Made by a program: the position numbers and the translations under genes. The notes below the pieces were generated by a model. That model was not told the DNA's origin, ran no database searches, and saw only the letters and a program-made list of their open reading frames with translations. Positions 9,976-19,369 of a stretch of 64,000 nucleotides of DNA are shown piece after piece; positions within the stretch are counted from its first letter, which is position 1, and each line of letters begins with the position of its first letter. This DNA is from Aggregatilineales bacterium (GTDB lineage Bacteria; Chloroflexota; Anaerolineae; Aggregatilineales; Phototrophicaceae), in the NCBI GenBank assembly GCA_963663435.1, contig OY760398.1:848665-912664 (forward strand), written 5' to 3'.

Positions 9976-11676
9976 TCAGGCAAGAATGCTTTCGTCTTGC
10001 GGCCGAACGCTCAGCGTGCTTTCGTTGCGATAGGTCGCCATGCCGGGACCGGCGCCTCTTATCGCCTTGACGTATTTGACGCGAGTGTAATCGACTTGAA
10101 CGCTGGAGTCCCCGCGGCGTTTGCTGTACCAGGCGGCCACGGCTGCGGCTTCCGCGATCAGCTCGTCTTTGATGCGCCGGCCATCGTTGCGAATGATGAC
10201 ATGGGCGCCGGGAACTTGCCGCGCGTGCAGCCAGATATCCTGTGGATTAGCCCGTTTGAAGGTGACCGCCTCGTTCTGGCGGCTGTTGCGCCCCACCCAG
10301 ATGATATAACCATCGCGGCTGACGACTCGCAGGGGCCCTTGACGTCCGCCGCCCATGCGCCGGACCTGCTTGCCCCGCCAATGGCCGCGAGCCTGCAAGA
10401 TTTGTATGACATCGTCGATTTCGGGCCAGTTGGCGGCGATTTGCAGGTCGCTCTCCAGCTGTTCCAGAAAGTTCATTTCTAGGCGCGTTTCGTCGATCAG
10501 CGCGGGCAAGGCGTCGGCGGCGCTCTTGGCTTTTTCGTAGCGGCGGAAATAGTTTTGCGCGTTTTCAAGCGGGCTGCGGTCGGGATTGAGGCGTATAACC
10601 AGCGCCGGCCCATCCAGGTCGTACTGCGCGCTCAGCTCGGTCTGATGCGCTTGAATGGCATACTGATAAGCGAGAATCAACTCGCCGGATTGTCTGAGCA
10701 ACTCCAGGTCGTTATCGTCTTTGAGATTGCGCTCCAGCGACGCTGCCTTGGCCGACAGTTTGGCTTTGGCCTCATCCAGCGCTGCCTGCACCGGTTGCTT
10801 CGCGGCGCGATAGGCATCCGGACCAGTAAGCGCGCCAAGGTAGCGCGAGATCGCCTCGCTGATGGACGAGCAAGCCCCCCACTGCATGTGGCGCAGCGGG
10901 AAGACGCTGACCTCAGCCGCGACGCCGTCAATGCTGCCGATGCCGGGCTGCCATTCCCGCTGCAGCAGCGGCGCAACAAGCTCGCGAAAGGACTGGTAGA
11001 GCGCGGCGCCATCCGCATCCGCCACTTTGGCGCGCGCATCGCCGACGGCGCGAAAGGCGATCTCTTTGGCCAGGAGCGGACTCAAGCCGAGAATGGAGCC
11101 GGGCAGCAGCCGTCGGATTTGAATTGTCGGTTTTTCGGCGCTCTGCAGCAGGCGCTCCATATCAAGCGCCGTCAATGAAGCCGGGTCCAATTGATCGCGA
11201 ATCGGCGGCGGGGGCAAGTATTTGTGATTGGGCAGGCTCAGCCGATAGCGATTGTCGTCCGGCCCTACTCGGTTCAAGCAATCCAGGATTATGCCGTCGC
11301 GCAATAGCAGGACATTGGCGCGCCTGGGCATGAGTTCCGCGATAATCTGCAGGCGGTCTTCAATGTCGATATGCAACAGTCGTTCCCAGGGCGGCTGCGT
11401 CACTGCGGTGACGATCCTGCCCTCAATGTGGCGGCGGAAGAGCAGACCCAACTGCGTCGGCTGGGCTGTGCCGCGGCGCAGTTTGGCCTCGGCCAGGTGC
11501 ACATGAGGAAAGGAAGCGTCGGCGCTGAGGGCCAGGTAGTGGCGCCGGCCCGCGGCGTAGACCTCCAGCCCAATGCAGATCTCATCGACATCGATGATGT
11601 CCTGGACGCGGCCGCCGATGATCTTGTCGCTCAGTTCGTCGGCCAGCGCCGAGATTAAGAAGGTGTCAAGGCTCAT
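9976..11676 (-). CDS. rqcH: NFACT-family ribosome quality control protein (RqcH / fibronectin-binding protein A-like)
   Basis: 566 aa. NFACT-N-like N-terminus (RVQDI...LEVYA), coiled-coil middle. C-terminal NFACT-R motif (IWVGRNSRQNEAVTFKRANPQDIWLHARQVPGAHVII). Confidence 0.85.
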   Translation of the reverse strand: MSLDTFLISALADELSDKIIGGRVQDIIDVDEICIGLEVYAAGRRHYLALSADASFPHVHLAEAKLRRGTAQPTQLGLLFRRHIEGRIVTAVTQPPWERLLHIDIEDRLQIIAELMPRRANVLLLRDGIILDCLNRVGPDDNRYRLSLPNHKYLPPPPIRDQLDPASLTALDMERLLQSAEKPTIQIRRLLPGSILGLSPLLAKEIAFRAVGDARAKVADADGAALYQSFRELVAPLLQREWQPGIGSIDGVAAEVSVFPLRHMQWGACSSISEAISRYLGALTGPDAYRAAKQPVQAALDEAKAKLSAKAASLERNLKDDNDLELLRQSGELILAYQYAIQAHQTELSAQYDLDGPALVIRLNPDRSPLENAQNYFRRYEKAKSAADALPALIDETRLEMNFLEQLESDLQIAANWPEIDDVIQILQARGHWRGKQVRRMGGGRQGPLRVVSRDGYIIWVGRNSRQNEAVTFKRANPQDIWLHARQVPGAHVIIRNDGRRIKDELIAEAAAVAAWYSKRRGDSSVQVDYTRVKYVKAIRGAGPGMATYRNESTLSVRPQDESILA

Positions 11677-11734
11677 GGGGATTTAAGATGCCCGGCAGGT
11701 CTCACTGCAGCGAAGGCGCCGCGAGTCAGGCTGG

Positions 11735-12208
11735 TCACGGGTCGATCACGCCTGCTTTGAAACCAAGCAGGTAGGCAATGATATGCCCGACGTCTTGCTG
11801 GGACAAGCGGTCCTGATAATTATTTGGCATGGAGTTGGAATAGCCCTCGACCAGGTGAAGCGCCGGAAACAGGATGGCTTCGTAGAGGTATTGCTCGGCG
11901 GACAAGGGCGGTCGCCGCTCGGCAGCCACCTCAGCCAGGTCAAAGAAGAGCGGCGATACGCTGCCATCCCCTTGCAGGTGACAGAGATCGCATTCCAATT
12001 CATAGACAAGGTCGCCGCCGACTTGAGTGTCAGCGTTGGCGAGGCCGGCTGCGACTTCTTCAGCGTAGGACTGCGCGTTAATCTCGCTGCTGCCGGGCGC
12101 GGAATTGGAGAGAATGGCGACGAGAACGACGACAAAAACTGTGAGCGCGAGCAACGCAATTCCGGCGATGGCGCGAATACTTAGGGCTCGGGAGGGCTTA
12201 TCACTCAT
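11735..12208 (-). CDS. membrane-anchored class I c-type cytochrome
   Basis: N-terminal TM helix IAGIALLALTVFVVVLVAIL. Haem-binding CDLCH. Candidate distal ligand in SNSMPNNY. Confidence 0.7.
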   Translation of the reverse strand: MSDKPSRALSIRAIAGIALLALTVFVVVLVAILSNSAPGSSEINAQSYAEEVAAGLANADTQVGGDLVYELECDLCHLQGDGSVSPLFFDLAEVAAERRPPLSAEQYLYEAILFPALHLVEGYSNSMPNNYQDRLSQQDVGHIIAYLLGFKAGVIDP

Positions 12209-12251
12209 GGAAGAGTCGCGTGGAAGCGGCGCAAATTCTTGGTCAGGCGGC

Positions 12252-12524
12252 TTAGGGGCGCGAAGCCTGCCGAACCGCGGTCACCTGGCGATTCAGCAAC
12301 CAGAAGACGATCATCAGGGTCAATCCGGCACCCAGCACGTTGAAGATGATAAAGCCGGTGACCAGGATGAAGGCTACCGCTTGATCGGGCGTGGCGGTCA
12401 AGAAGTCGCCGCTGGGGTCGGTGGTTTGCTGGATAGCCAAATCCGAGGAAAGCAAGTTGGATGTAATCGCGCCGCCGGCCAGCAACACGACCAAGATTAC
12501 TACAATTGCCGCAAGCGCTTTCAT
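12252..12524 (-). CDS. small two-TM membrane protein, function unknown
   Basis: Strong SD GGGAGGAG upstream of ATG 12524. Two hydrophobic helices. Lies directly upstream of the cytochrome c gene. Confidence 0.5.
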   Translation of the reverse strand: MKALAAIVVILVVLLAGGAITSNLLSSDLAIQQTTDPSGDFLTATPDQAVAFILVTGFIIFNVLGAGLTLMIVFWLLNRQVTAVRQASRP

Positions 12525-12608
12525 CCGGAATCTCCTCCCGCCCCAACTATCGCCACAATTCTACATTTCAATGCCGGGCGATGCAAGATCGCTCCGCAGT
12601 CGCCCCGC

Positions 12609-13907
12609 CTAGCTCGCCGATAGCGTGACCAACTGGTCGCGTTCCGGGCCGACGCTGACGCTGTTGATGGGTACATCGCAGAGCGCCGCGATACGCTCAA
12701 CGTAGCGCTGGGCGGCAGGCGGCAACTGAGCAAATTCGCGGCAGCCGCTAATGTCTTCCTGCCAGCCGGGCAGCGATTCATATATCGGTTTGGCGCGCAG
12801 CAGCAACTCATTGGTGACCGGCGGATACTCATATTTCACCCCGTCAATTTCGTAGGCGACGGCCAGCTTCAGCTCGTCCAGCCCGGAGAGGACATCAAGT
12901 TTGGTCAGCATCATTTCGCTGAAGCCGTTGACGCTTACGGCGTAGCGCAGCATGACTATATCCAGCCAGCCGCAGCGCCGCGGACGCCCGGTTGTGGTGC
13001 CGAATTCGTCCCAGAAGTTGGCGCCGCTGCCGCGCAGAAGCTGGGCAATCTCGCCATCGAGCTCGGTGGGCATAGGTCCGCCGCCGACGCGTGTGCTGAA
13101 AGCCTTGGCCACGCCCAGCACCTTCTCGACGAAAAGCGGTCCCACGCCCAAGCCAGTGAGCGCGCCGCCGGCCGTCGGCGATGAGCTGGTAACGAAGGGG
13201 TAGCTGCCATGGTCGATATCGAGCAGCGTGCCTTGCGCGCCTTCGCAGACGACGTATTTGCCGGCCCGCAGCGCCTGATGCAGGTAGACCGACGTATCCT
13301 TGATATAGGGTCTCAAGACGGCTGCGGCATCAAGATAGCTCTGCGCCGCCGCGAGGGGATCCAGTGCGTCGCGGCCCTGCTGCCGCAAGACTTCGTTGGT
13401 GGATTCGATGGCGCTGACCAGCCGCTCGGTGAACTCCTCAACATCGAGCAGCATGTCGCCGGTGCGGATGCCGGCGCGCCCGGTCTTGTCCAGGTAGGCC
13501 GGACCGATGCCGCGCAAGGTGGTGCCGATTTTGGCATCGCCCAGCGCCGCTTCTTTGGCGGAGTCGAGCGCGATATGCGCCGGCGTGATAATGTGCGCCC
13601 GCGAACTGATCACCAGACGCTCCGGCGTGATGTCCACGCCAATCGCGCGCAGGGACCCCATTTCCTGCACCAGGTTCACCGGGTTAATGACCATGCCGTT
13701 GCCCATGATGGACACGACGCGGCTGTGCAGTATGCCAGAGGGAACCAGGTGCAATTTGTAGACCTTGCCGTTGAGCGCCACCGTGTGGCCGGCATTGTCG
13801 CCGCCGGCATAACGCGCCACGATATCGGCTGAACCAGCCAGCCAATCCACCACGCGGCCCTTGCCCTCATCGCCCCACTGGGCGCCGATCAAAATCGTTA
13901 TTGGCAT
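12609..13907 (-). CDS. purA: adenylosuccinate synthase
   Basis: GAQWGDEGKGRVVD P-loop, GGDNAGHTV and TTGRPRRCGWLD motifs. Confidence 0.95.
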   Translation of the reverse strand: MPITILIGAQWGDEGKGRVVDWLAGSADIVARYAGGDNAGHTVALNGKVYKLHLVPSGILHSRVVSIMGNGMVINPVNLVQEMGSLRAIGVDITPERLVISSRAHIITPAHIALDSAKEAALGDAKIGTTLRGIGPAYLDKTGRAGIRTGDMLLDVEEFTERLVSAIESTNEVLRQQGRDALDPLAAAQSYLDAAAVLRPYIKDTSVYLHQALRAGKYVVCEGAQGTLLDIDHGSYPFVTSSSPTAGGALTGLGVGPLFVEKVLGVAKAFSTRVGGGPMPTELDGEIAQLLRGSGANFWDEFGTTTGRPRRCGWLDIVMLRYAVSVNGFSEMMLTKLDVLSGLDELKLAVAYEIDGVKYEYPPVTNELLLRAKPIYESLPGWQEDISGCREFAQLPPAAQRYVERIAALCDVPINSVSVGPERDQLVTLSAS

Positions 13908-13963
13908 AGCTGCACTCTGTTGAATTAACTTGTTGACTAGGTCTACGTCCGGCTGCGGCCGAC

Positions 13964-14650
13964 TTAATTCTCTGTGACCGACAGGCTGCTGAAAGCGGCA
14001 TTCGCGCGCGTCGGGTCGCCGAGGCTGATGGCGACTTGCCGTTCGCCCCAGGTCTCGATCTGCCCACCCGGCCCCAACACCAGCGCTGAGCCGGTCGCCA
14101 GACCCAGGAATATCGCATCCGGCAACTCGCTGCGGGCCGCGCGCAGGGCATCGTCCCCGGCAATGCTGCTGGCTTCGGTCGCAACCAGCGCATTGTGCAA
14201 GAAATTCAGTCCCGATTCAATGCGATGATCGGCGGCCAGGATGAATTCGCCAGCGATGGCGGCGGCCGCGCCTTCAAAGAAAAGCAGAGCGCCCCGGTTG
14301 AGCGCTTCTTTTAGAGCGTGAATGGCCGTGCGCCGCAGCAGCCGCAAAAGCCGGTCGCCCTGCCCGGCGGCATCAACCACGATCATGGCCGCTCCGATAA
14401 GGCGTTCGTAGACTTCGTTGTTGTCCTGCTCCTCCAGGTCGACCAAGTAGCCGCTGGAGGCGCCCAATTCCGCCATATCGTCCATCAGCTCATCGCCCAG
14501 ATCATCCGCCAGCGTGATATAGGCGATCTCCCCACCAGCGTTGTGGCGGCTCAGGGCTTGGGCGCGGATCTCGCTGAGGGGGTCGGCGCGACCCGAGAGC
14601 ACGATCCAGCCGTTTGACGGCAGCCACGTGAGCGGCGCTGAGTCGGACAT
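13964..14650 (-). CDS. hypothetical protein, possibly a degenerate peptidase S51/cyanophycinase-like fold
   Basis: 228 aa, adjacent to the upstream stop. By-eye resemblance to S51 layout (WIVLSGRAD, IVVDAAGQG, FFEGAAAAIAGE). The position expected for the nucleophile Ser reads Ala. Confidence 0.35.
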   Translation of the reverse strand: MSDSAPLTWLPSNGWIVLSGRADPLSEIRAQALSRHNAGGEIAYITLADDLGDELMDDMAELGASSGYLVDLEEQDNNEVYERLIGAAMIVVDAAGQGDRLLRLLRRTAIHALKEALNRGALLFFEGAAAAIAGEFILAADHRIESGLNFLHNALVATEASSIAGDDALRAARSELPDAIFLGLATGSALVLGPGGQIETWGERQVAISLGDPTRANAAFSSLSVTEN

Positions 14651-15832
14651 TCAGGAATTGACTCCCAGGTAGTCGGCGATTAGGCCTGACATCATGCCTA
14701 CGCTAAGGGGCAGCACGTCTTCATCAATGTCAAATTGCGGATGGTGGTGGGGATAATCCAGGCCGCGCTCGTGGTTGGCGGAACCGACCAGCAGATAGGC
14801 GCTGGGATTGCGCTGCATCAGCAAGCCGACATCTTCGGATGCCATCCAGGGTTGCTGCACTACGGAAAGAGCGTCGGCGTAGTTGGCGAAGACATGGCGC
14901 GCGCGCTCAGCGACTTCGGCGTCGTTGACGACTGCGCCAATGCCCAGGCCAAAGTCGACATCGGCGCGGCAGCCCATGGCGCTGGCCACGCCATCGGCCA
15001 CAGCCTGGATGCGCGTTTTGACCAGCTCGCGCGTTTCTTCGCGAAACAGCCGGAACGAGCCGGCCATCTTTACCGTCTGCGGGATGATATTGCGCGCGCT
15101 GCCGGCCTCAAGCGTGCCGATGGTAATCACAACCAAATCCAGCGGATCCACATTGCGGCTGACGATGGTCTGCAAGGCGAGAATCAACTGCGCGCTGCAA
15201 ACGATGGGATCGGCCGTTTGATGCGGCATGGCGCCGTGCCCGCCTTTGCCAGTGACGGTGATCTCGAATACTCCCGCGCCTGACATGGTCGGGCCGGATA
15301 CAACGCTGACCGTGCCGACTTCCAGGTCGTTCCACAGATGTATGCCCAAGGTATAATCGGGCGCCGGCGTTTCCAGGACGCCGTCAGCAATCATGGAGGT
15401 CGCGCCGCCGCCAACTTCCTCCGCCGGCTGGAAGACGAATTTGACCCGTCCGCCGAGGTCATCGCGGCGTTTCGACAGGACTTTGGCGATGCCGAGCGCG
15501 ATGGCCGTGTGCCCGTCGTGGCCGCAGGCATGCATCACCCCGGCCGCGCGGGAAACGTATTCCGCGCTGTTCGCTTCGTGAATGGGCAAGGCGTCCATGT
15601 CGGCGCGGTAGAGCACGGTCGGCCCGTCGGAGGCGCCTTCCAGAATGCCGACTACGCCGGTCTGGCCGACGCCGGTTTGCACTTCCAAGCCCAGCTGGTT
15701 CAGTTCATCGGCGACGATGCCCGCGGTACGATGTTCCTGGAAAGCCAATTCAGGATGCCGGTGGAAATCACGCCGCCGCTCGATCAATTCGTCGCGCAGG
15801 GCTGCTGCGTCCGCCAGGAAGTCAATTGTCAT
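14651..15832 (-). CDS. M20-family amidohydrolase (N-acyl-L-amino-acid amidohydrolase/hippurate hydrolase-like)
   Basis: HRHPELAFQE, MHACGHDGH and FQPAEE motifs of the M20D subfamily. Confidence 0.85.
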   Translation of the reverse strand: MTIDFLADAAALRDELIERRRDFHRHPELAFQEHRTAGIVADELNQLGLEVQTGVGQTGVVGILEGASDGPTVLYRADMDALPIHEANSAEYVSRAAGVMHACGHDGHTAIALGIAKVLSKRRDDLGGRVKFVFQPAEEVGGGATSMIADGVLETPAPDYTLGIHLWNDLEVGTVSVVSGPTMSGAGVFEITVTGKGGHGAMPHQTADPIVCSAQLILALQTIVSRNVDPLDLVVITIGTLEAGSARNIIPQTVKMAGSFRLFREETRELVKTRIQAVADGVASAMGCRADVDFGLGIGAVVNDAEVAERARHVFANYADALSVVQQPWMASEDVGLLMQRNPSAYLLVGSANHERGLDYPHHHPQFDIDEDVLPLSVGMMSGLIADYLGVNS

Positions 15833-15838
15833 CTTGCC

Positions 15839-16570
15839 CTATCCCATCTTTATGACGCGAAACTTTTCAATACGCCGCGGATATTCCGGCGGTGAATTCG
15901 GATCCAGCGAACGCTCGCGGATGCGCTCGGCCATCTTGTCCATATCCGATATTTGGCTTTTGTGCGCGCGCAGCGATTCAATCTGCCGTTCGACAGCGTC
16001 GGTGACGTCGACCGTCAGGGTCGGCTCGGCCGCGCCGGCGATATAAATTGTGCCTACCTTGTGCGTATCCAAGCCCTCGTCGCGCTCATGTTCGATGAAG
16101 TTCAAGCGGTCGCGCGCCGTCGGGAAAACGGCTTCCAGCGTGGCTGCGCCAATCGCGCGATGGTCGGGATGATTGATGCTGCGGGTGCCGCGCCAATACA
16201 CGGTAGGATCCAGCGTCACCACGACATCGGGTTTCTTCATGCGAATCAGCCGGGTGATATCGCGGCGCAGTTCCATGGTCGGGAAAAGCTCGCCGTCTTT
16301 GTAACGCAGGAAGACAACATCTTTCACGCCCAGGGCGGCAGCGGCCTGTCGCTCCTCATCCTCGCGGATTTCCGCCAGGCGCTCGGCCGTCATTTCCGGG
16401 TCGGCGCTGCCTTTGTCGCCGCTGGTGGCGATAACGAATGTGATTTCCGCGCCATCTTGCGCCCACTTGGCGAAGGTGCCGCCGGCGAAGAATTCCGGGT
16501 CATCCGGATGCGCGAAGACACCAAGCACAGTGCCGATTCGCCCGTTTGGCTGTTGCAAATTACTTGTCAT
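15839..16570 (-). CDS. PIG-L/LmbE-family deacetylase
   Basis: VLGVFAHPDDPEFFAGG and HPDHRA zinc-binding motifs. Confidence 0.85.
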   Translation of the reverse strand: MTSNLQQPNGRIGTVLGVFAHPDDPEFFAGGTFAKWAQDGAEITFVIATSGDKGSADPEMTAERLAEIREDEERQAAAALGVKDVVFLRYKDGELFPTMELRRDITRLIRMKKPDVVVTLDPTVYWRGTRSINHPDHRAIGAATLEAVFPTARDRLNFIEHERDEGLDTHKVGTIYIAGAAEPTLTVDVTDAVERQIESLRAHKSQISDMDKMAERIRERSLDPNSPPEYPRRIEKFRVIKMG

Positions 16571-17712
16571 GACTTGGCTTCGTCAGCGCCTGAATCAGGT
16601 TTGCGATTGGAACGGCGGCCGCCGCGCCGTCTGCCGCGCCGGCGTCGGCTTGAGCGCGTTTGGCCATCCTTTGGCTTGCCACGCGGCTTGCGGGAGCCGC
16701 CACGGCGAGAGTCATCCTTTTTCGGCGCAGCGGCCGACTCCGTCGTCTCGGCCGTCTCCGTTGTCGGGGCGGGCGCTGGTTTCGCGATTACGCGATCGGC
16801 CTGACGTTGGCCGGGCGGCATGCCGCATTCACAGCTGCCGTCGCCGTGCTTTTCGCAGGGGGAATGCGCCTTTTCCGCCAACTTGCGGAATTCTTCGAGC
16901 GGGATGATATCTTCGCGCTCCACGACCTTGCGGCCGGCGTCGTCGACATCAACCAGGACAGCGTCTTTCAGCGGCAACTGGTCCAGCACGCGTCCCTCAC
17001 CGTGGGGCGTGCCGATGCGTTTGTTGCGGCGGGGCAATTTCTTGCGCGCTTCCACATATTGCTCGTATTCAAATACCAGGCAGCAGCGCAGCCGGCCGCA
17101 CATGCCGGTGATTTCGGAAGGATTAAGCGAGATGCCTTGCGCCTTGGCCATCTTGATTGAGATTGGGCTGAAGTCGGTCAAGAAGGTGCTGCAGCAGCGG
17201 GTGATGCCGCAAGCGCCGAAGCCGCCCAACAGTTTGGCCACGTCGCGCGGGCCGATCTGCCGCATATCGACGCGCGCTCCGAATCTGCGCTGCAGGCGCT
17301 TCTGCAAGACTGTAGTGTCGATTTTTTGCTCGGCGCTGAAGAGGAAAGTAATGGCGCTGCCGTCGTAATTGTATTGCGCCGCTACAAACTTCACATCGGA
17401 CAGGCGGCGCAAGCTGTCGGCAGCTTCGCGGCAAATCTCAAGCGCTTCGTCTTGCTGGGCTTCCCAATGCTGCCGCAGAACCATATCGCGGGGTGTGGCG
17501 GGCCGCAGAATAGGCCGCACATCACGATGCGCGTCAGACTCGGTAAAACCCATGACCTGGCCCATCTGGCGGCCGCGGCGGGTATCCACAATGACATAAT
17601 CGCCCTGCTTCAGTTCGGGGTAGCCGTCGTAATCAAAATGATAGAGCTTGCCAATCTTCTGAAACCGTACGCCCGCTACCAGCTCGCTCTTCTCAATCGC
17701 TGGAATTGCCAT
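16567..17712 (-). CDS. PSP1-domain protein (RicT/YaaT-like) with Cys-rich and Arg-rich C-terminal extension
   Basis: PSP1 core (RCCSTFL, GMCGRLRCCLVFE). Tail has CEKHGDGSCECG then RSSRRRRGRRRGGRRSNRK. Confidence 0.85.
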   Translation of the reverse strand: MAIPAIEKSELVAGVRFQKIGKLYHFDYDGYPELKQGDYVIVDTRRGRQMGQVMGFTESDAHRDVRPILRPATPRDMVLRQHWEAQQDEALEICREAADSLRRLSDVKFVAAQYNYDGSAITFLFSAEQKIDTTVLQKRLQRRFGARVDMRQIGPRDVAKLLGGFGACGITRCCSTFLTDFSPISIKMAKAQGISLNPSEITGMCGRLRCCLVFEYEQYVEARKKLPRRNKRIGTPHGEGRVLDQLPLKDAVLVDVDDAGRKVVEREDIIPLEEFRKLAEKAHSPCEKHGDGSCECGMPPGQRQADRVIAKPAPAPTTETAETTESAAAPKKDDSRRGGSRKPRGKPKDGQTRSSRRRRGRRRGGRRSNRKPDSGADEAKS

Positions 17713-17959
17713 GATGGATACGCCTTTGCAGGGTTACCGGCCTGGTCTATGCTATCTCAGCTCCCACGCCGGCGCCGATCGTTGGCTCGTTTGAACGCCT
17801 ATCACTCTACTCGAAAATGAGGGCATCCGCAATACGAACAGTCTGAGATTCACATGGCGCATTTGTGCGATTCGCGATGATGTTGCTAGAATTGCAGTGG
17901 GGAAATCCACCGAATTACTTGGCGCCCTTACTTGGCCTTGGAGGCGATGCAAGGCACTT

Positions 17960-19369
17960 ATGTCTACGCTGGTCATGAAATATGGCGGTTCGTCCGTCGG
18001 CACGGCGGCCGCGCTCAAGCAAGTCTTGGGCACAGTCGCCAATGAAACGGGCAAGTGGGATCAAATCCTGGTTGTGGTGTCGGCGCTTGACGGTGTTACC
18101 GACATGCTTTTTGAGGCCGCCCATCTGGCGCGCATCGCCAACCAGCGCGGTTATCGCCGGATAGCGGCCAATCTGCGCAGCCGTCACCTGGCGATTATCG
18201 ATCAGCTGCCGTTGGAGCGCCCGGATCGCAATACGTTAAAAGCCGAAATCGATCGCCTGCTGTCGGACATGCTGGATCAGTGCCGGTTGATCGCGACAAA
18301 TCTCAACGAAGAGCTGTCGCCGGCCTACAGCGACGCGGTGGTGGCCGCTGGCGAGCGTCTATCCGCGCGCATCGTTGCGGCGCTGCTGCGGCAGCATGAG
18401 ATTCGCTGCGCGGCGATTGACGGCGCCGACATCATGGTCACCGACGATGCGTTTGGCAACGCCCATCCGGATCTCGAGCTGACCAGACAGCGCGTCGAAG
18501 AGACGCTGCTGCCCATGCTGCGAAGCAACATGATCCCGGTCGTGACCGGCTTTATCGGCGCGACGCCCGCCGGCGAAACGACCACATTGGGGCGCGGCGG
18601 CACGGATTACACAGCATCGGTGCTCAGCGCGTTGATCGACGCGGACGAGCTATGGATCTGGACCGGCGTCGATGGCATGATGTCGGCCGATCCGCACGAG
18701 GTAGCCAATGCAAAGGTAATCCCTCGCCTCAATTATGACGAAGCCGCGGACCTGGCGTATTTTGGCGCGCGGCTGCTGCATTCGCGCATGATCGCGCCGC
18801 TGGCTGAGCGCAAATTGCCGATTCGGATCAAGAATATCAGCCTGCCGCAGCAGACCGGGACTTTAGTATCTACTGAGCCGAACGAGAGCGAGCCGGCGCT
18901 AAAAGCGGTCACCTCCATCCACGGCTTGTCGCTGCGGCGTCCCGCGAGCGGATCGCTGGCCGGCGTGACGCGTCTGGTTGGCAATACGCTGTTCAAAACG
19001 CTGGGCATGCGCACCGAAGTCATGATTGCGTCGCAATCGGCGACCAGCAGTTTCATCTGTTTGGTGATCCCTACCAGCATCGGCATTGACGGCGTCGATC
19101 GCTTGCAGCGCGCCTTAGAAGCCAAGATGGCGGAATACCCGGAAAAGATGCCCTGGGAAATTGGCACGGTGGCTTTGGTCACGGCGATCGGGAGCGATCT
19201 GCACCGGGCCGCGCGGCTGCAAGGTCAACTGCTGGATTGTCTGGGGGAAATCGAAATTTTGGGGCTGGCGCTGGGCGCGTCCAATTGCAGTTTCACCCTG
19301 GCTGTGCCGGCGAAGGAAGCGCGGTCAGCCCTGCGGCGCATCCACGGTCTGATCGTCAAAAGCGATTGA
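17960..19369 (+). CDS. lysC: aspartate kinase with C-terminal ACT domains
   Basis: MSTLVMKYGGSSVG N-terminus (ATG 17960), GRGGTDYTAS, VDGMMSADP. The ORF-track start 17897 adds 21 unlikely residues. Confidence 0.9.
   Translation: MSTLVMKYGGSSVGTAAALKQVLGTVANETGKWDQILVVVSALDGVTDMLFEAAHLARIANQRGYRRIAANLRSRHLAIIDQLPLERPDRNTLKAEIDRLLSDMLDQCRLIATNLNEELSPAYSDAVVAAGERLSARIVAALLRQHEIRCAAIDGADIMVTDDAFGNAHPDLELTRQRVEETLLPMLRSNMIPVVTGFIGATPAGETTTLGRGGTDYTASVLSALIDADELWIWTGVDGMMSADPHEVANAKVIPRLNYDEAADLAYFGARLLHSRMIAPLAERKLPIRIKNISLPQQTGTLVSTEPNESEPALKAVTSIHGLSLRRPASGSLAGVTRLVGNTLFKTLGMRTEVMIASQSATSSFICLVIPTSIGIDGVDRLQRALEAKMAEYPEKMPWEIGTVALVTAIGSDLHRAARLQGQLLDCLGEIEILGLALGASNCSFTLAVPAKEARSALRRIHGLIVKSD

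Noticed and set aside
17713-17959. Lysine riboswitch or T-box upstream of aspartate kinase (also looked upstream of lysA and aspS)
   Set aside because: I could not find the conserved L-box core or a GGUGGNACCGCG T-box sequence in these leaders. The lysA upstream space is filled by a tRNA terminator. Only a covariance-model scan could settle this.
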